A stretch of DNA of 64,000 bases from an uncultured Bacillota bacterium (GTDB lineage Bacteria; Bacillota; DTU025; MWDF01): assembly GCA_963823655.1 (NCBI GenBank), contig CAWGMK010000013.1, positions 256,001 to 320,000 on the forward strand. Direction: 5' to 3'. Below the pieces are notes generated by a model. That model worked only from the letters and a program-made list of their open reading frames with translations, had not been told where the DNA came from and searched no databases. Shown here piece by piece: positions 11,627 through 21,562 of this stretch (position 1 is the stretch's first letter; each line of letters begins with the position of its first letter). Made by a program: the position numbers and the translations under genes.

Positions 11627-14600
11627 GTGATTCCCTTGCAATATTGCCTTTACCCCCAGGCGGGGGCCACCGACGCTAAAACCCTAATAGAGTGCATGAC
11701 GGGCGCGCCAGCTCATGAGGAGCTGGCGCTTTGCCGCATTGACGGCATTTCGGTAAATTCCACAGACGGCGCGTGGACTATCAGGGCAGGCGGTCCCAAC
11801 ACTCTGATGGAAACCTGCGTTACCTCTCTTATAAAGGCACTTGACGCCTATTGCCCGGACGTAAGAAGCGATGTATTCTTCATGCCGCTTCAGAAGGACG
11901 AGTGGATCAAGGCTTACTGGAAGTCCATAGCCAAAGAGGCATCGGCAGTATGCAAAGTGAACTTCGGCTCACTTCTATCCTGCGAGCCCTCCTGGAAGGA
12001 TGTCGTCAGCCTCTCCGTGCCGAGTGAACCCCAGCAGGCCGCCTTTCAAAGGAAGAGCCTTGCCGGAATCATCCAGGCACTTATCGCCAAGCAGACGGGC
12101 GCAAGGCCTGAAGTAAAACTTGAGGTGCATGAGCAAAGGCGCGTCGATTACTCCGATGCGCTGCCGGTTAGCCCGGCCGAAACCGAAAAGGAGCACATTG
12201 TCAGCAGATCTTCTGCTGCCCCGCTAGTCGGCGTCAACATCAACATCAAATGTACAGCGATTGGCTTGTCGCTCGAACCTTCGGATTATGTGGCCCTCGA
12301 GGGGTTCATAGTAAAGCCCGAAACTTATACTTCAAGGCGGAACAACCCCGTTTTGACTTTCGTACTGGCCGACGATTCCGGATCCGTCCTTTGCAAGTAT
12401 TCGGCAAAGGACGGCGAAGTGCTTCCTGAGCTTGAAGGCACATACAAGGTTGCAGGCAAAATGGCTCTGGACGAGCGCAGACAGGATGCGGGGCCGGCCG
12501 AACCCATACTCATGGTCGAGGACATCGAAGAGGTCCTTGCCGAGAGTGCGGAGGTACTAAGGATGTGCCAGAGGGTTGAGCTGCATTGTCACACTAAAAT
12601 GAGCGCATTGGATTCGGTATGCGATCCGGAGCAGATCATTACCGCCGCGAAAGAAATGGGGCATAAGTCGATAGCTGTCACTGACCACGGCGTAGTCTAC
12701 GCCTTCCCGGCATTCTACCAGGCGGCAAAAAAGAGCGGAATAAAAGCGGTATTGGGCATGGAAGGCTATCTCAAACAGGGCGAAGGCGACGAGACCAGCC
12801 ATTTTACCATTCTCGTTAAGGACAAGGCGGGGCTCACCAACCTTTACAGGATGGTTTCCAGCTCGCACCTTGACCATTTCAGGCGTCATCCCTTGGTGCC
12901 AAGGAAGCTTGCCTCAGAGCTGAGGAACGGCCTTTTGTATGGATCGGCTTGCGCGGGCGGCGAAATCTTCAGGATGGCGCTGAACGGCTCGGACGACAAG
13001 CAGATAGTCGATGCAATGGGTTTCTACGACTATATAGAGATAATGCCCGCCCAGAACAGCTCCTTTCTGCTTAGGGAGGGAAGGCTCCCGGACCTGGATG
13101 CGATAAGGGATATCAACAGGCGCATTGTCGCCCTGGCCAAGGAAGCAGGCAAGCCATTCATAGCAACCGGGGATGTCCATTACATCAGGCCCGCGGATGC
13201 CGTCTACAGGCAGGTCCTGCTCGCAGGCCAGGATTTCAAGGACGTTCAGGAGCAACCCCCTTTGCATTTGCGCACTACGGAGGAGATGCTCGACGAGTTC
13301 TCATACCTCGGGCAGGAGGATTGCCTTGAGGCCGTCGTACTTGCCCCCAACCGCATAGCCGATTCCGTTGATTCTCTCAAGCCTGTCCCGGACGGGCTGT
13401 TCACCCCGGTCCTCAAAGGCGCAGAAGAGCAGGTAAGAGACAAGACTATTAGCAGGGCGGAGTCCCTCTATGGCTCGCCTTTGCCTGCGGAAGTGGATGC
13501 CAGGATCAAAAAGGAGCTTCACTCCATCATAGACAACGGATTCGCCAGCATTTACCTGGTTGCGATGAAGCTGGTCGCAAAATCCCTGGAAGACGGCTAT
13601 CTTGTGGGCTCCAGAGGCTCGGTAGGATCCTCGCTTGTGGCGACTCTTCTTGGAATAACCGAGGTCAACCCCCTTGGACCGCATTACAGGTGCGGGTCCT
13701 GCAGTTTCTCGGATTTCGGCCCATTTCAAGCAAGTCACGGCTTCGACCTTCCTGAAAGGAAATGCCCCCGCTGCGGCATGGCGCTCAAAAGGGACGGCCA
13801 TGACATACCTTTCGAAGTGTTCCTCGGTTTCGAAGGAGACAAGGTGCCTGACATTGACCTCAACTTCTCGGGCGAGTACCAGCCAAGGATCCACAAATTC
13901 AGCGAGGAGATGTTCGGCTCGGACAATGTCTTCAGGGCAGGCACCATAGGGACCATAGCCGAAAAGACGGCATACGGCTTCGTTAGGGCATATGAGGAGC
14001 ATACAGGCGAGAAGGCGTCGAGAGCGCACTCCACCAGGCTTGCGGTGGGCGCAAGCGGCGTTAGAAGGACCACCGGGCAGCACCCGGGCGGCATCATTGT
14101 GCTGCCCGAGGGCTTGGATATCCATGACTTCACGCCGGTCCAGCATCCGGCCAATTCCAAGGAGAAGGGCATCATAACGACGCATTTCGAATACACTGCA
14201 CTGCACGACAACCTGCTCAAGCTCGACCTTCTAGGGCATGACGACCCTACGATGATAAAGATGCTCGAGGATGTAACGGGGCGATCCTTCAGGGACATCC
14301 CTTACGATGATGAGGCTACCATGTCCATTTTCTCCGGCATCGAGGCCCTGGGGCTGGACGGTTCGAAGTATGGGCAGGAAGTAGGCACGATCGGCATACC
14401 CGAGTTCGGGACGAGATTCGTACGCGGCATGCTGTCGGACACAAGGCCCAGGACTTTCGACGAGCTGGTAAGGATCTCCGGGCTTTCGCATGGCACCAAC
14501 GTCTGGCTTGATAATGCGCAGGAAGTGATCAGAAACGGTGACGGCACGCTCAAAGACGTGATATCCGTCCGCGACGATATAATGAACTACCTGATATCAA

Positions 14601-15265
14601 AGGGCATGGGGCCGAAATACGCCTTCCAGATCATGGAGAAGGTGAGGAAGGGAAAAGGCCTTTCTACTGAAGACGAGAAGGCCATGAATGGCTTCGGAGT
14701 CCCTGCATGGTATTCGGATTCATGCAACAAGATCAAATACATGTTCCCCAAGGCGCATGCATGCGCATATGTAATGATGGCGTTTCGCATTGCTTACGCC
14801 AAAGTGCATATGCCCGCCGCCTTCTACAGCGCGTATCTGAGCATAAGGGCTACGGATTTCGATCCTGCATTCGCCCGCATGGGGGTAAGGGAGCTTGAGA
14901 AGCTCATGCGCTCGATAGATTCGAATAAGGCCGCGACCCAGAAGGAGAAGGACACGGTCCCCATACTTGAAGTAATTCGCGAGGCGCTGATGAGAGGCAT
15001 CTCACTAAAGCCAGTTAACCTGGCGCTTTCCGACCCTTTGAAGTTCGTGGCCGAGGCAGATGGCATAAGAGCACCCCTTCTGTCGGTGGCAAGGCTCGGT
15101 CAGAAGCCTGCCCTTGCCATATCCGAAGCCCGCAATGATGCGCCGTTCGGCTCTGTCGAGGAGCTGAGGGAAAGGGCCAAGCTCGGCAAGGCACACATCG
15201 ATGCGCTAAGGGAAGCGGGAGCTCTTGAGGGCTTACGCGAGAGCATGCATATGGAATTGTTCTAA
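11627..15265 (+). CDS. polC: DNA polymerase III PolC-type, lacking the inserted exonuclease domain
   Basis: OB fold then PHP (HCH, TDH, GDVH), GSRGSVGSS, CxxC zinc finger, PDIDLNFSG, HPGG, KLDLLG and YMFPKAHA motifs. Confidence 0.97.
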   Translation: MIPLQYCLYPQAGATDAKTLIECMTGAPAHEELALCRIDGISVNSTDGAWTIRAGGPNTLMETCVTSLIKALDAYCPDVRSDVFFMPLQKDEWIKAYWKSIAKEASAVCKVNFGSLLSCEPSWKDVVSLSVPSEPQQAAFQRKSLAGIIQALIAKQTGARPEVKLEVHEQRRVDYSDALPVSPAETEKEHIVSRSSAAPLVGVNINIKCTAIGLSLEPSDYVALEGFIVKPETYTSRRNNPVLTFVLADDSGSVLCKYSAKDGEVLPELEGTYKVAGKMALDERRQDAGPAEPILMVEDIEEVLAESAEVLRMCQRVELHCHTKMSALDSVCDPEQIITAAKEMGHKSIAVTDHGVVYAFPAFYQAAKKSGIKAVLGMEGYLKQGEGDETSHFTILVKDKAGLTNLYRMVSSSHLDHFRRHPLVPRKLASELRNGLLYGSACAGGEIFRMALNGSDDKQIVDAMGFYDYIEIMPAQNSSFLLREGRLPDLDAIRDINRRIVALAKEAGKPFIATGDVHYIRPADAVYRQVLLAGQDFKDVQEQPPLHLRTTEEMLDEFSYLGQEDCLEAVVLAPNRIADSVDSLKPVPDGLFTPVLKGAEEQVRDKTISRAESLYGSPLPAEVDARIKKELHSIIDNGFASIYLVAMKLVAKSLEDGYLVGSRGSVGSSLVATLLGITEVNPLGPHYRCGSCSFSDFGPFQASHGFDLPERKCPRCGMALKRDGHDIPFEVFLGFEGDKVPDIDLNFSGEYQPRIHKFSEEMFGSDNVFRAGTIGTIAEKTAYGFVRAYEEHTGEKASRAHSTRLAVGASGVRRTTGQHPGGIIVLPEGLDIHDFTPVQHPANSKEKGIITTHFEYTALHDNLLKLDLLGHDDPTMIKMLEDVTGRSFRDIPYDDEATMSIFSGIEALGLDGSKYGQEVGTIGIPEFGTRFVRGMLSDTRPRTFDELVRISGLSHGTNVWLDNAQEVIRNGDGTLKDVISVRDDIMNYLISKGMGPKYAFQIMEKVRKGKGLSTEDEKAMNGFGVPAWYSDSCNKIKYMFPKAHACAYVMMAFRIAYAKVHMPAAFYSAYLSIRATDFDPAFARMGVRELEKLMRSIDSNKAATQKEKDTVPILEVIREALMRGISLKPVNLALSDPLKFVAEADGIRAPLLSVARLGQKPALAISEARNDAPFGSVEELRERAKLGKAHIDALREAGALEGLRESMHMELF

Positions 15266-15273
15266 AGGGCGGC

Positions 15274-15302
15274 TTGCATAACTTCCATACTTGTAGTAAT
15301 AT
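15274..15302 (+). promoter_or_regulatory. sigma-A promoter of the rimP-nusA-infB operon
   Basis: TTGCAT-17 bp-TAATAT. Confidence 0.7.
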
Positions 15303-15335
15303 TTCTGTGGTAGGTCAAGCTTTTGTTGTTTTCAG

Positions 15336-15354
15336 GAGTGGGATTTTCCCACTC
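15336..15354 (+). promoter_or_regulatory. rimP leader hairpin
   Basis: GAGTGGGA-TTT-TCCCACTC followed by TTT, the hairpin commonly found before rimP in Firmicutes. Confidence 0.7.
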
Positions 15355-15400
15355 TTTCGTGTTTAAGAGGCTGTAGAAGCCTTAGACGGGGGTTCTGGAA

Positions 15401-15860
15401 ATGGACGTCAGGGGAATAGAGTTGCAGGTGGCAAGGCTAACGGAGCCGATCGCCGAAAGTATGGGGCTCAGGTTGTTGGACGCGGAGCTTTCATACGAGA
15501 TGTCGAATTGGTATCTGCGACTATATATAGAAAAAGATGGGGGAGTGGGGATAGAGGATTGCTCGAAGCTGAGCGTCGAAGTGGACGCAAAGCTGGAGGC
15601 GGAGGATCCCATCCCGCAGGCCTATATCCTGGAGGTAACATCGTCCGGAGAGAAGCCTCTCAGATTCCCCGAGGAGTATACGAAGTTCGCAGGCAGGCAC
15701 ATCCAGGTTTCCACATACAAGCCCATTGAAGGGGCCAAGAAGCATGAGGGCTCCCTTGCTGGGGCTTATGGACGGAATAGTAAAGATTGACGTTGAGGGC
15801 AAGCAAGTTAGCATACCGCTGGAGATGGTGAGCAAAGCCAGGTTGGCTTTCAAGTATTAG
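15401..15860 (+). CDS. rimP: Ribosome maturation factor RimP (frameshift near 15765)
   Basis: LRLYIEK.GGV.IEDC and YILEVTS motifs. The C-terminal KARL lies in another frame ending at 15860. Confidence 0.93.
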
Positions 15861-15866
15861 GGGGTC

Positions 15867-16979
15867 GTGGAGAAAATGAGCCAGCAGATTGAGGGCAAGG
15901 AGATCATTAGCGCAATAAATGAGATAGAGCGTTCCAGAGGCATTTCTAAGGACGTTCTAATTCCTGCCTTGGAGACGGCGCTCAGCGCCGCATACAGGAA
16001 GCACTACAGCGGCCTTCATGCGAATGTGAAGGTCACGATAGACTCCCAAAGCGGCGAGCTTAGGGTAGCCTCTTTGAAGTCCGTAGTCGAGGAAGTCGCG
16101 GACGCCAGATCCGAGCTCACCTTCGAACAGGCCCAGGAGTACGGCGAATTCCTGGTGGGCGAAATTGTGGAGATCCCCGTGCCGATGGATGATTTCGGCA
16201 CCGGCAGGATCGCAGCCCAGACCGCCAAACAGGTAATCGTGCAGAAGATCCGCGAGGCAGAGCGCGGCATGATATATTCCGAGTTCGCCGACAGGGAGGG
16301 CGACATAATTACGGGCATGGTCCAGCGCGTGGACCCTCGTAACGTAGTCGTGGAGATAAACCACGTAGAAGCCTTCCTTCCCTCTCACGAGCAGATACCC
16401 AACGAAAGGTATATGGTCGGCTCAAGGATCAAATGCTACGTATTCGAGGTTAAGAAGCTCCAGAGGGGCTCCACAACGATACAGCTGTCCCGCACACACC
16501 CGAACCTCCTCAGGAAGCTTCTTGAGCTCGAGGTTCCGGAGATAAAAAGCGGTCTAGTAGAGATCAAGGCCATATCCAGGGAGGCCGGTTCGAGGTCCAA
16601 GGTCGCTGTCTACTCTCACGATCCCAATGTGGATCCGGTCGGCGCATGCGTAGGGGCCAAGGGCGCCCGCATCCAGAGCATCGTAAACGAGCTGTCAAAT
16701 GAGAAGATAGACATAATACCCTGGTCCGAGAACAACGCCGAGTACGTGGCGAACGCGCTAAGCCCGGCAAGGCCGACCAAGGTAATACCCGATATTCTCA
16801 CGAAGGTTGCGACAGTTATAGTCCCGACTACGCAGCTGTCCCTTGCCATCGGCAGGGAAGGCCAGAACGCAAGGCTTGCGGCCAAGCTCACCGGCTGGAA
16901 AGTGGACATCAAGAGCGAGGCCCAGATGGAAGAGAGCGGAGACTACGGCTTCGTAGGAGCCGGCAAAGTCGATTTTTAG
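15867..16979 (+). CDS. nusA: Transcription termination factor NusA
   Basis: RIAAQTAKQ, REAGSRSK, VGACVG and AIGREGQNARLA motifs. Confidence 0.99.
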   Translation: MEKMSQQIEGKEIISAINEIERSRGISKDVLIPALETALSAAYRKHYSGLHANVKVTIDSQSGELRVASLKSVVEEVADARSELTFEQAQEYGEFLVGEIVEIPVPMDDFGTGRIAAQTAKQVIVQKIREAERGMIYSEFADREGDIITGMVQRVDPRNVVVEINHVEAFLPSHEQIPNERYMVGSRIKCYVFEVKKLQRGSTTIQLSRTHPNLLRKLLELEVPEIKSGLVEIKAISREAGSRSKVAVYSHDPNVDPVGACVGAKGARIQSIVNELSNEKIDIIPWSENNAEYVANALSPARPTKVIPDILTKVATVIVPTTQLSLAIGREGQNARLAAKLTGWKVDIKSEAQMEESGDYGFVGAGKVDF

Positions 16980-16985
16980 GGAGGT

Positions 16986-17273
16986 TTGCGCTTGATTAAG
17001 GCAAGGAAGCAGCCCATGAGGACGTGCCTTGGTTGCGGCGGAGTATTCCCGAAGAAAGAACTTTTAAGGGTGGTGCGTACGCCCGGCGGCCAAGTCCTGA
17101 TCGATAAATCAGGCAAGCTTGCCGGAAGAGGTGCATATATTTGCAACAGCACGGAGTGCCTTGACAAGGCCGTGAAGGCCAAGAGGTTGGGGCGCTCACT
17201 TGAGACGGAAGTGGGACCCGATGTGATAGAACAACTCAGAGGGTCATTGGAGGTGCGCATTGGATCTGACTGA
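16986..17273 (+). CDS. ylxR: YlxR/RnpM family protein (DUF448)
   Basis: RTCLGC...LLRVV...GRGAYIC; nusA-infB synteny. Confidence 0.93.
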   Translation: MRLIKARKQPMRTCLGCGGVFPKKELLRVVRTPGGQVLIDKSGKLAGRGAYICNSTECLDKAVKAKRLGRSLETEVGPDVIEQLRGSLEVRIGSD

Positions 17274-17553
17274 AAACCTGGGCTTCATAGGCCTGGCCAG
17301 GAAGGCCGGCGCCCTGGAAATCGGGGCGGAGGCGGTCGAATGGGCGCTTTCAAAAGGAAAAGCAAAGATTTTGATACTTGCCTCAGATGCGGGCAGGAGC
17401 ACGGTGGGCAAATATACGTCCATGTGCGAGGAGAAGGGCATCCCGATTTTAAAGGCGACCGACAAGGAGTCCTTAGGAAGGATCCTTGGCAGGAGCCAGG
17501 TGGCAGTAGCAGCGGTTACAGAGAAGCATTTCGCAAAAAGGATGCTCAGTTGA
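17260..17553 (+). CDS. ylxQ: L7Ae-like RNA-binding protein (YlxQ)
   Basis: GLARKAG, ASDA and LGRILG motifs; synteny. Confidence 0.9.
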   Translation: MDLTENLGFIGLARKAGALEIGAEAVEWALSKGKAKILILASDAGRSTVGKYTSMCEEKGIPILKATDKESLGRILGRSQVAVAAVTEKHFAKRMLS

Positions 17554-17583
17554 TTTTCGGATTTCTCTTGGAGGTGCAGATAT

Positions 17584-20500
17584 TTGGGTAAAGTCAGAGT
17601 TTTCGAGCTTTCGAAGTTGGTGAACATACCTAGCAAGGACCTCGTCGACCTCTTGAACAAGTTGGGCGTTCCTACGGCCAACCACATGAGCGCAATAGAC
17701 GAGAACGCGGCGAAGTATGTGCTTAGGAAATACGGCCCCGATGCCGAAAAGGAGAAGGCAGCGCCTGCGAAGCAGAAGGCCAAGCAGAAGCCGCAGCCTA
17801 AACCGGCAGCATCCCAGGAGCCGCAGGCCGAGGCGAATATGTCCATAAGAGGCCCGCTTCCTAACCAGTCGAGGCTTCAGAGAAATATACCACAGCCTCA
17901 GCAGAGGCCCCAGATCCAGGCTAAACCCCTTCCGGGCCAGGCGCCCAGGGCAGCGGCTCTACAGCTGGCAGCAGCAAGGCTGCAGCAGGCTCAGGAGGAG
18001 CAGAAAGCCCTTGAGGCAAGACTTGCCATAGAAAGGGCGGAGGCTGAGAAGCTGGCAGCCGAAAGAGCGGCAGTGGAGGCTGAAGAGGCGAGGAAGGCCG
18101 AAGCCGCACTGAAAGCCGAAGCCGAGCTCGAAGAGAAGAAGAAGGCAGCCGATGCCCGCCACGAGGCCAAGAAGGCAAAATCGCACAAGAAGGACGAGGA
18201 AGCCCCGGTACTTGAGGCTACTGAGCCCAAGGTTGAAACAAAGGAGCCTCAGGCAGAAGCAACCGCACCAAAGCCGGAGCCCGCAGTAATCATCGCGGAA
18301 GAGGTTATTGAGAAGGCAGGCAGAGGCAGCACCAGTTGAGGAGCCCAAGGCACCGGTAGAACCGGCGCTTGTAATAAGCGCGCCTAAGCCGGCACCTCAG
18401 GTTCAGCCGCAACCTACGGCAGTCCCTTCGCCAAGGCCCCAGGTTGCAGCCCCTACGACGGGTGCTTACCCGCAGAGGCCGCAAGGAGTCGGTACCGGCA
18501 CTGCAACTTACAGGAACCAGCCGGGAGTTGGCACAGGCACCGCAACTTACAGGAACCAGCCCGGCGTTGGCACAGGCACCGCCACTTACAGGAACCAGCC
18601 GGGCGTTGGCACAGGTACTGCAACTTACAGGAACCAGCCCGGAGTTGGCACCGGCACCGCAACTTACAGAAACCAGCCCGGACAGGGTACCGGAACCGCT
18701 ACGTACAGGCAGAATACCGGCACCGGCAATTTCGCCCCAAGGCCTCAGGGAACGGGAAACTTCGCACCCAGGCCTCAGGGCACAGGCACGTTCGGTCCGA
18801 GGCCGCAGGGAGGCACCGGCGGTTTTGCTCCCAGAAGGCCGCAGACGGGTGCGGGTATAACAGTCCCGCCGCCCGCAACAGAGGCGCCCATCAGCAAAGG
18901 CAAGGGCAAATCATGGGGCAATACTGGCAAAGAGAGGCGCTTTACTTCCGAGGATGACAATATGCGCGGTCCTATCAAGGGCAAGGCCGCTCCGATAAAG
19001 AAGGGCAAGAAGGGCATGGGCCCCGATTCAATTCTCGACAAGAACCTCAGGAATGTGGACGTCGAGATGCTCGATGAGGACGGCAATGTAGTTCGCAAGT
19101 CGATCAAGAGAAGAGAGAAGGCCGTCAAAACTAAGAGGATCATCATCGAGCCTGTGATGACAGTAAGGGATCTGGCTTTGAAGATGGAAGTAACGCCGGG
19201 GGATCTCATAAGAAAGCTTATGTCTCTCGGGGTCATGTCCGGCATAAACCAGACTATAGACAGCGATACGGCCCAGATAGTCGCGTCGGAGTTCGGAATC
19301 GACACAGAGCTCAAATCGGAGGCTGATGTCAGGGAGACATCCCTTACCAAGCTTGAGGACAAGCCGGAGATGCTTAAAACCAGGCCCCCCGTGATAACGA
19401 TAATGGGCCATGTCGACCACGGCAAGACCACTCTGCTGGACGCAATCAGGAAGACCAATGTGGCAGCAGGTGAAGCCGGCGGCATAACCCAGGCGATAGG
19501 CGCCTACCAGGTGGAACTGAATGGCAGGAAGATCACTTTCATAGATACACCGGGACATGCGGCCTTCACTTCGATGAGGGCAAGAGGCGCCCAGGTAACG
19601 GACATTGTCGTACTTGTAGTTGCAGCCGACGACGGCGTGATGCCGCAGACCAGGGAGGCCTACAACCACGCCAGATCCGCAGGAGTGCCGATCATTGTCG
19701 CAGTAAACAAGATCGACAGGCCGAACGCCCAGCCGGACAGGGTGCTTCAGGAGCTCTCCGAATTGGGCCTTATATCTGAGAAGTGGGGCGGAGATACGGT
19801 AACTGTCGAAGTCTCGGCCATTCAGAAGAGGGGCATCAGCGAACTGCTTGAAATGATCCTTCTTGTAGCCGATATGAAGGACCTGAAGGCGAACCCGGAC
19901 AGGCCGGCCCAGGGAATAGTAATCGAGGCCGAGAACAAGGCCGGGCTGGGCCCGTTGGCCACCGTCATAATCAAGAACGGTACGCTCAAGAGGGGCCAAT
20001 ACTGCCTGGCAGGCGAGGTGTCCGGACGCGTAAGGGCTCTTATAAACGAGAAGGGCGAGAGGCTGGACGAAGCCGGCCCGTCCACACCGGTGCAAGTCGT
20101 TGGGCTTTCAGCGGTACCGCACGGAGGGGATCCCTTCGATGTGGTCACCGATGAGCGAGAGGCCAAGGCGGTCGCCCAGAGAAGGGCCGACATCAGAAGG
20201 TCAAGCGAGCTTGTCGAGGAGAAGAAGCCCATAACGCTTGAGGACTTCTTCGCTCAAAAGGAATTCGGAGTCGTAAAGGACCTCAATATAATCCTGAAGG
20301 CGGACGTACAAGGCTCTGTGGAGGCCGTAAAGAAGTCGCTTGAGGAGCTCTCCAACGCCGAAGTCAGGGTAGTGGTCGTGCACAGCGGCGTAGGCGCAGT
20401 CTCCGAAAACGACGTCATGCTAGCATCTACTTCGGACTCGATAATCATCGCGTTCAATGTCAGGCCGGACAGCATAGCAGCCAAAGAAGCCGATGAAGTC

Positions 20501-20902
20501 GGCGTAGACATAAAGAGCTACAGGATAATCTACGAAGCAATCAATGACGTGGCTTTGGCAATGGAAGGCCTGCTCGAACCGGAGTACAAGGAGATAAGCC
20601 TCGGAAAGGCCGAAGTCAGGGCCGTGTTCAGCGTCCCGAAGGCCGGCAATATCGCAGGCTCCTATGTAATATCGGGGAAGATCACCAGAAACTCCACCGC
20701 CAGGGTCGTGCGCGACGGCAAGATCATACACGAGGGCAAGGTAACATCCCTTAGAAGGTTCAAGGATGACGCCAAGGAAGTGCTCGAGGGCTTCGAGTGC
20801 GGAATCGGCTTCGAAAGCTTCAACGACATAAAAGAGGGCGACATAATCGAAGCTTTCGGCCAGGAGCTTGTTAAGAGGACTGTTCTTGTAGAGCAGAAGT
20901 GA
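17584..20902 (+). CDS. infB: Translation initiation factor IF-2, ~1100 aa (frameshift near 18320)
   Basis: N-terminal [11 protein letters not shown]2N domain in ORF 17584-18339; [14 protein letters not shown] and NKID motifs in ORF 18308-20902. Confidence 0.98.
18485..18718 (+). repeat. Coding tandem repeat, 6 x 39 bp ([13 protein letters not shown]) inside infB
   Basis: Five near-identical units at 18485-18679 differing mainly at third codon positions, plus one degenerate unit. Confidence 0.95.
18719..18844 (+). repeat. Coding tandem repeat, ~4 x 30-33 bp ([10 protein letters not shown]-like) inside infB
   Basis: [10 protein letters not shown] x2, then [10 protein letters not shown] and [12 protein letters not shown]. 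Confidence 0.85.
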
Positions 20903-21186
20903 GATCGTCTGCCTGCCTCATGACGCTTCGCGTAACCTTGAGCGAGTCGACTAGCCTCAAGGACAAACGTTCCGTGATCAGGGGGATAGTGGACAGGCTC
21001 GGCAGGTTGAAGAACGTGGCGATTGCCGAGACTGGCCTGAGAGACAGCTTGGCTTCGGCGGAGCTGACCATCGCGGTGGTTGGGGATTCCCCTACTTTCG
21101 TAGATGAGGCGATGGAAAATATCATTAATGACATCGATTCGGCGGACGAGTTAACAATTTCTGTCCTCCGAGTCGAGAGATACTAG
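20899..21186 (+). CDS. DUF503 (YlxP) protein
   Basis: SLKDKRSV and NVAIAE motifs; position between infB and rbfA. Confidence 0.88.
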   Translation: MRSSACLMTLRVTLSESTSLKDKRSVIRGIVDRLGRLKNVAIAETGLRDSLASAELTIAVVGDSPTFVDEAMENIINDIDSADELTISVLRVERY

Positions 21187-21202
21187 GAAGGTGCAGTGTC
21201 AA

Positions 21203-21562
21203 ATGTCCTTTAGAAGGAACAGGATGCAGGATGCTATAAGAGACGAGCTCTCCGTGATAATCTCCAAGGAGCTTGGAGACCCGAGGCTTGCTTTCGCAAG
21301 CGTCACGGCAGTCGAGCTCGCACAGGATATGGCCTTCGCCAAGGTCTTCATAAGCTCGTTCAAGAAGGAGCCGGATGCTGCGGACGCGGCAGCCGAAGCG
21401 CTTGAATCGGCAAAGGGCCGCATAAGAGGGGAGATCGGCAGGCGCCTTATGATGAGGCATGCCCCCGAGCTGACCTTCAGGCCCGACCATTCAATGGAGA
21501 AGGCAGCGAAAGTGCTCGAGATATTAAACGACATCAAGCAAGAAGCGGAGGAGCCCAAATGA
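21203..21562 (+). CDS. rbfA: Ribosome-binding factor A
   Basis: DPRL..VTAVE..AKVF and PELTF.PDHS motifs. Confidence 0.96.
   Translation: MSFRRNRMQDAIRDELSVIISKELGDPRLAFASVTAVELAQDMAFAKVFISSFKKEPDAADAAAEALESAKGRIRGEIGRRLMMRHAPELTFRPDHSMEKAAKVLEILNDIKQEAEEPK

Noticed and set aside
17584-18339. infB split in two, or programmed frameshift
   Set aside because: The break coincides with a duplicated GGCA (AGGCAGGCAGAGGC) and has no slippery heptamer. It is consistent with the window-wide indel errors.
18485-18718. Possible CRISPR array
   Set aside because: Units are contiguous with no unique spacers, are a multiple of 3 and in frame within infB, and no cas genes are nearby.
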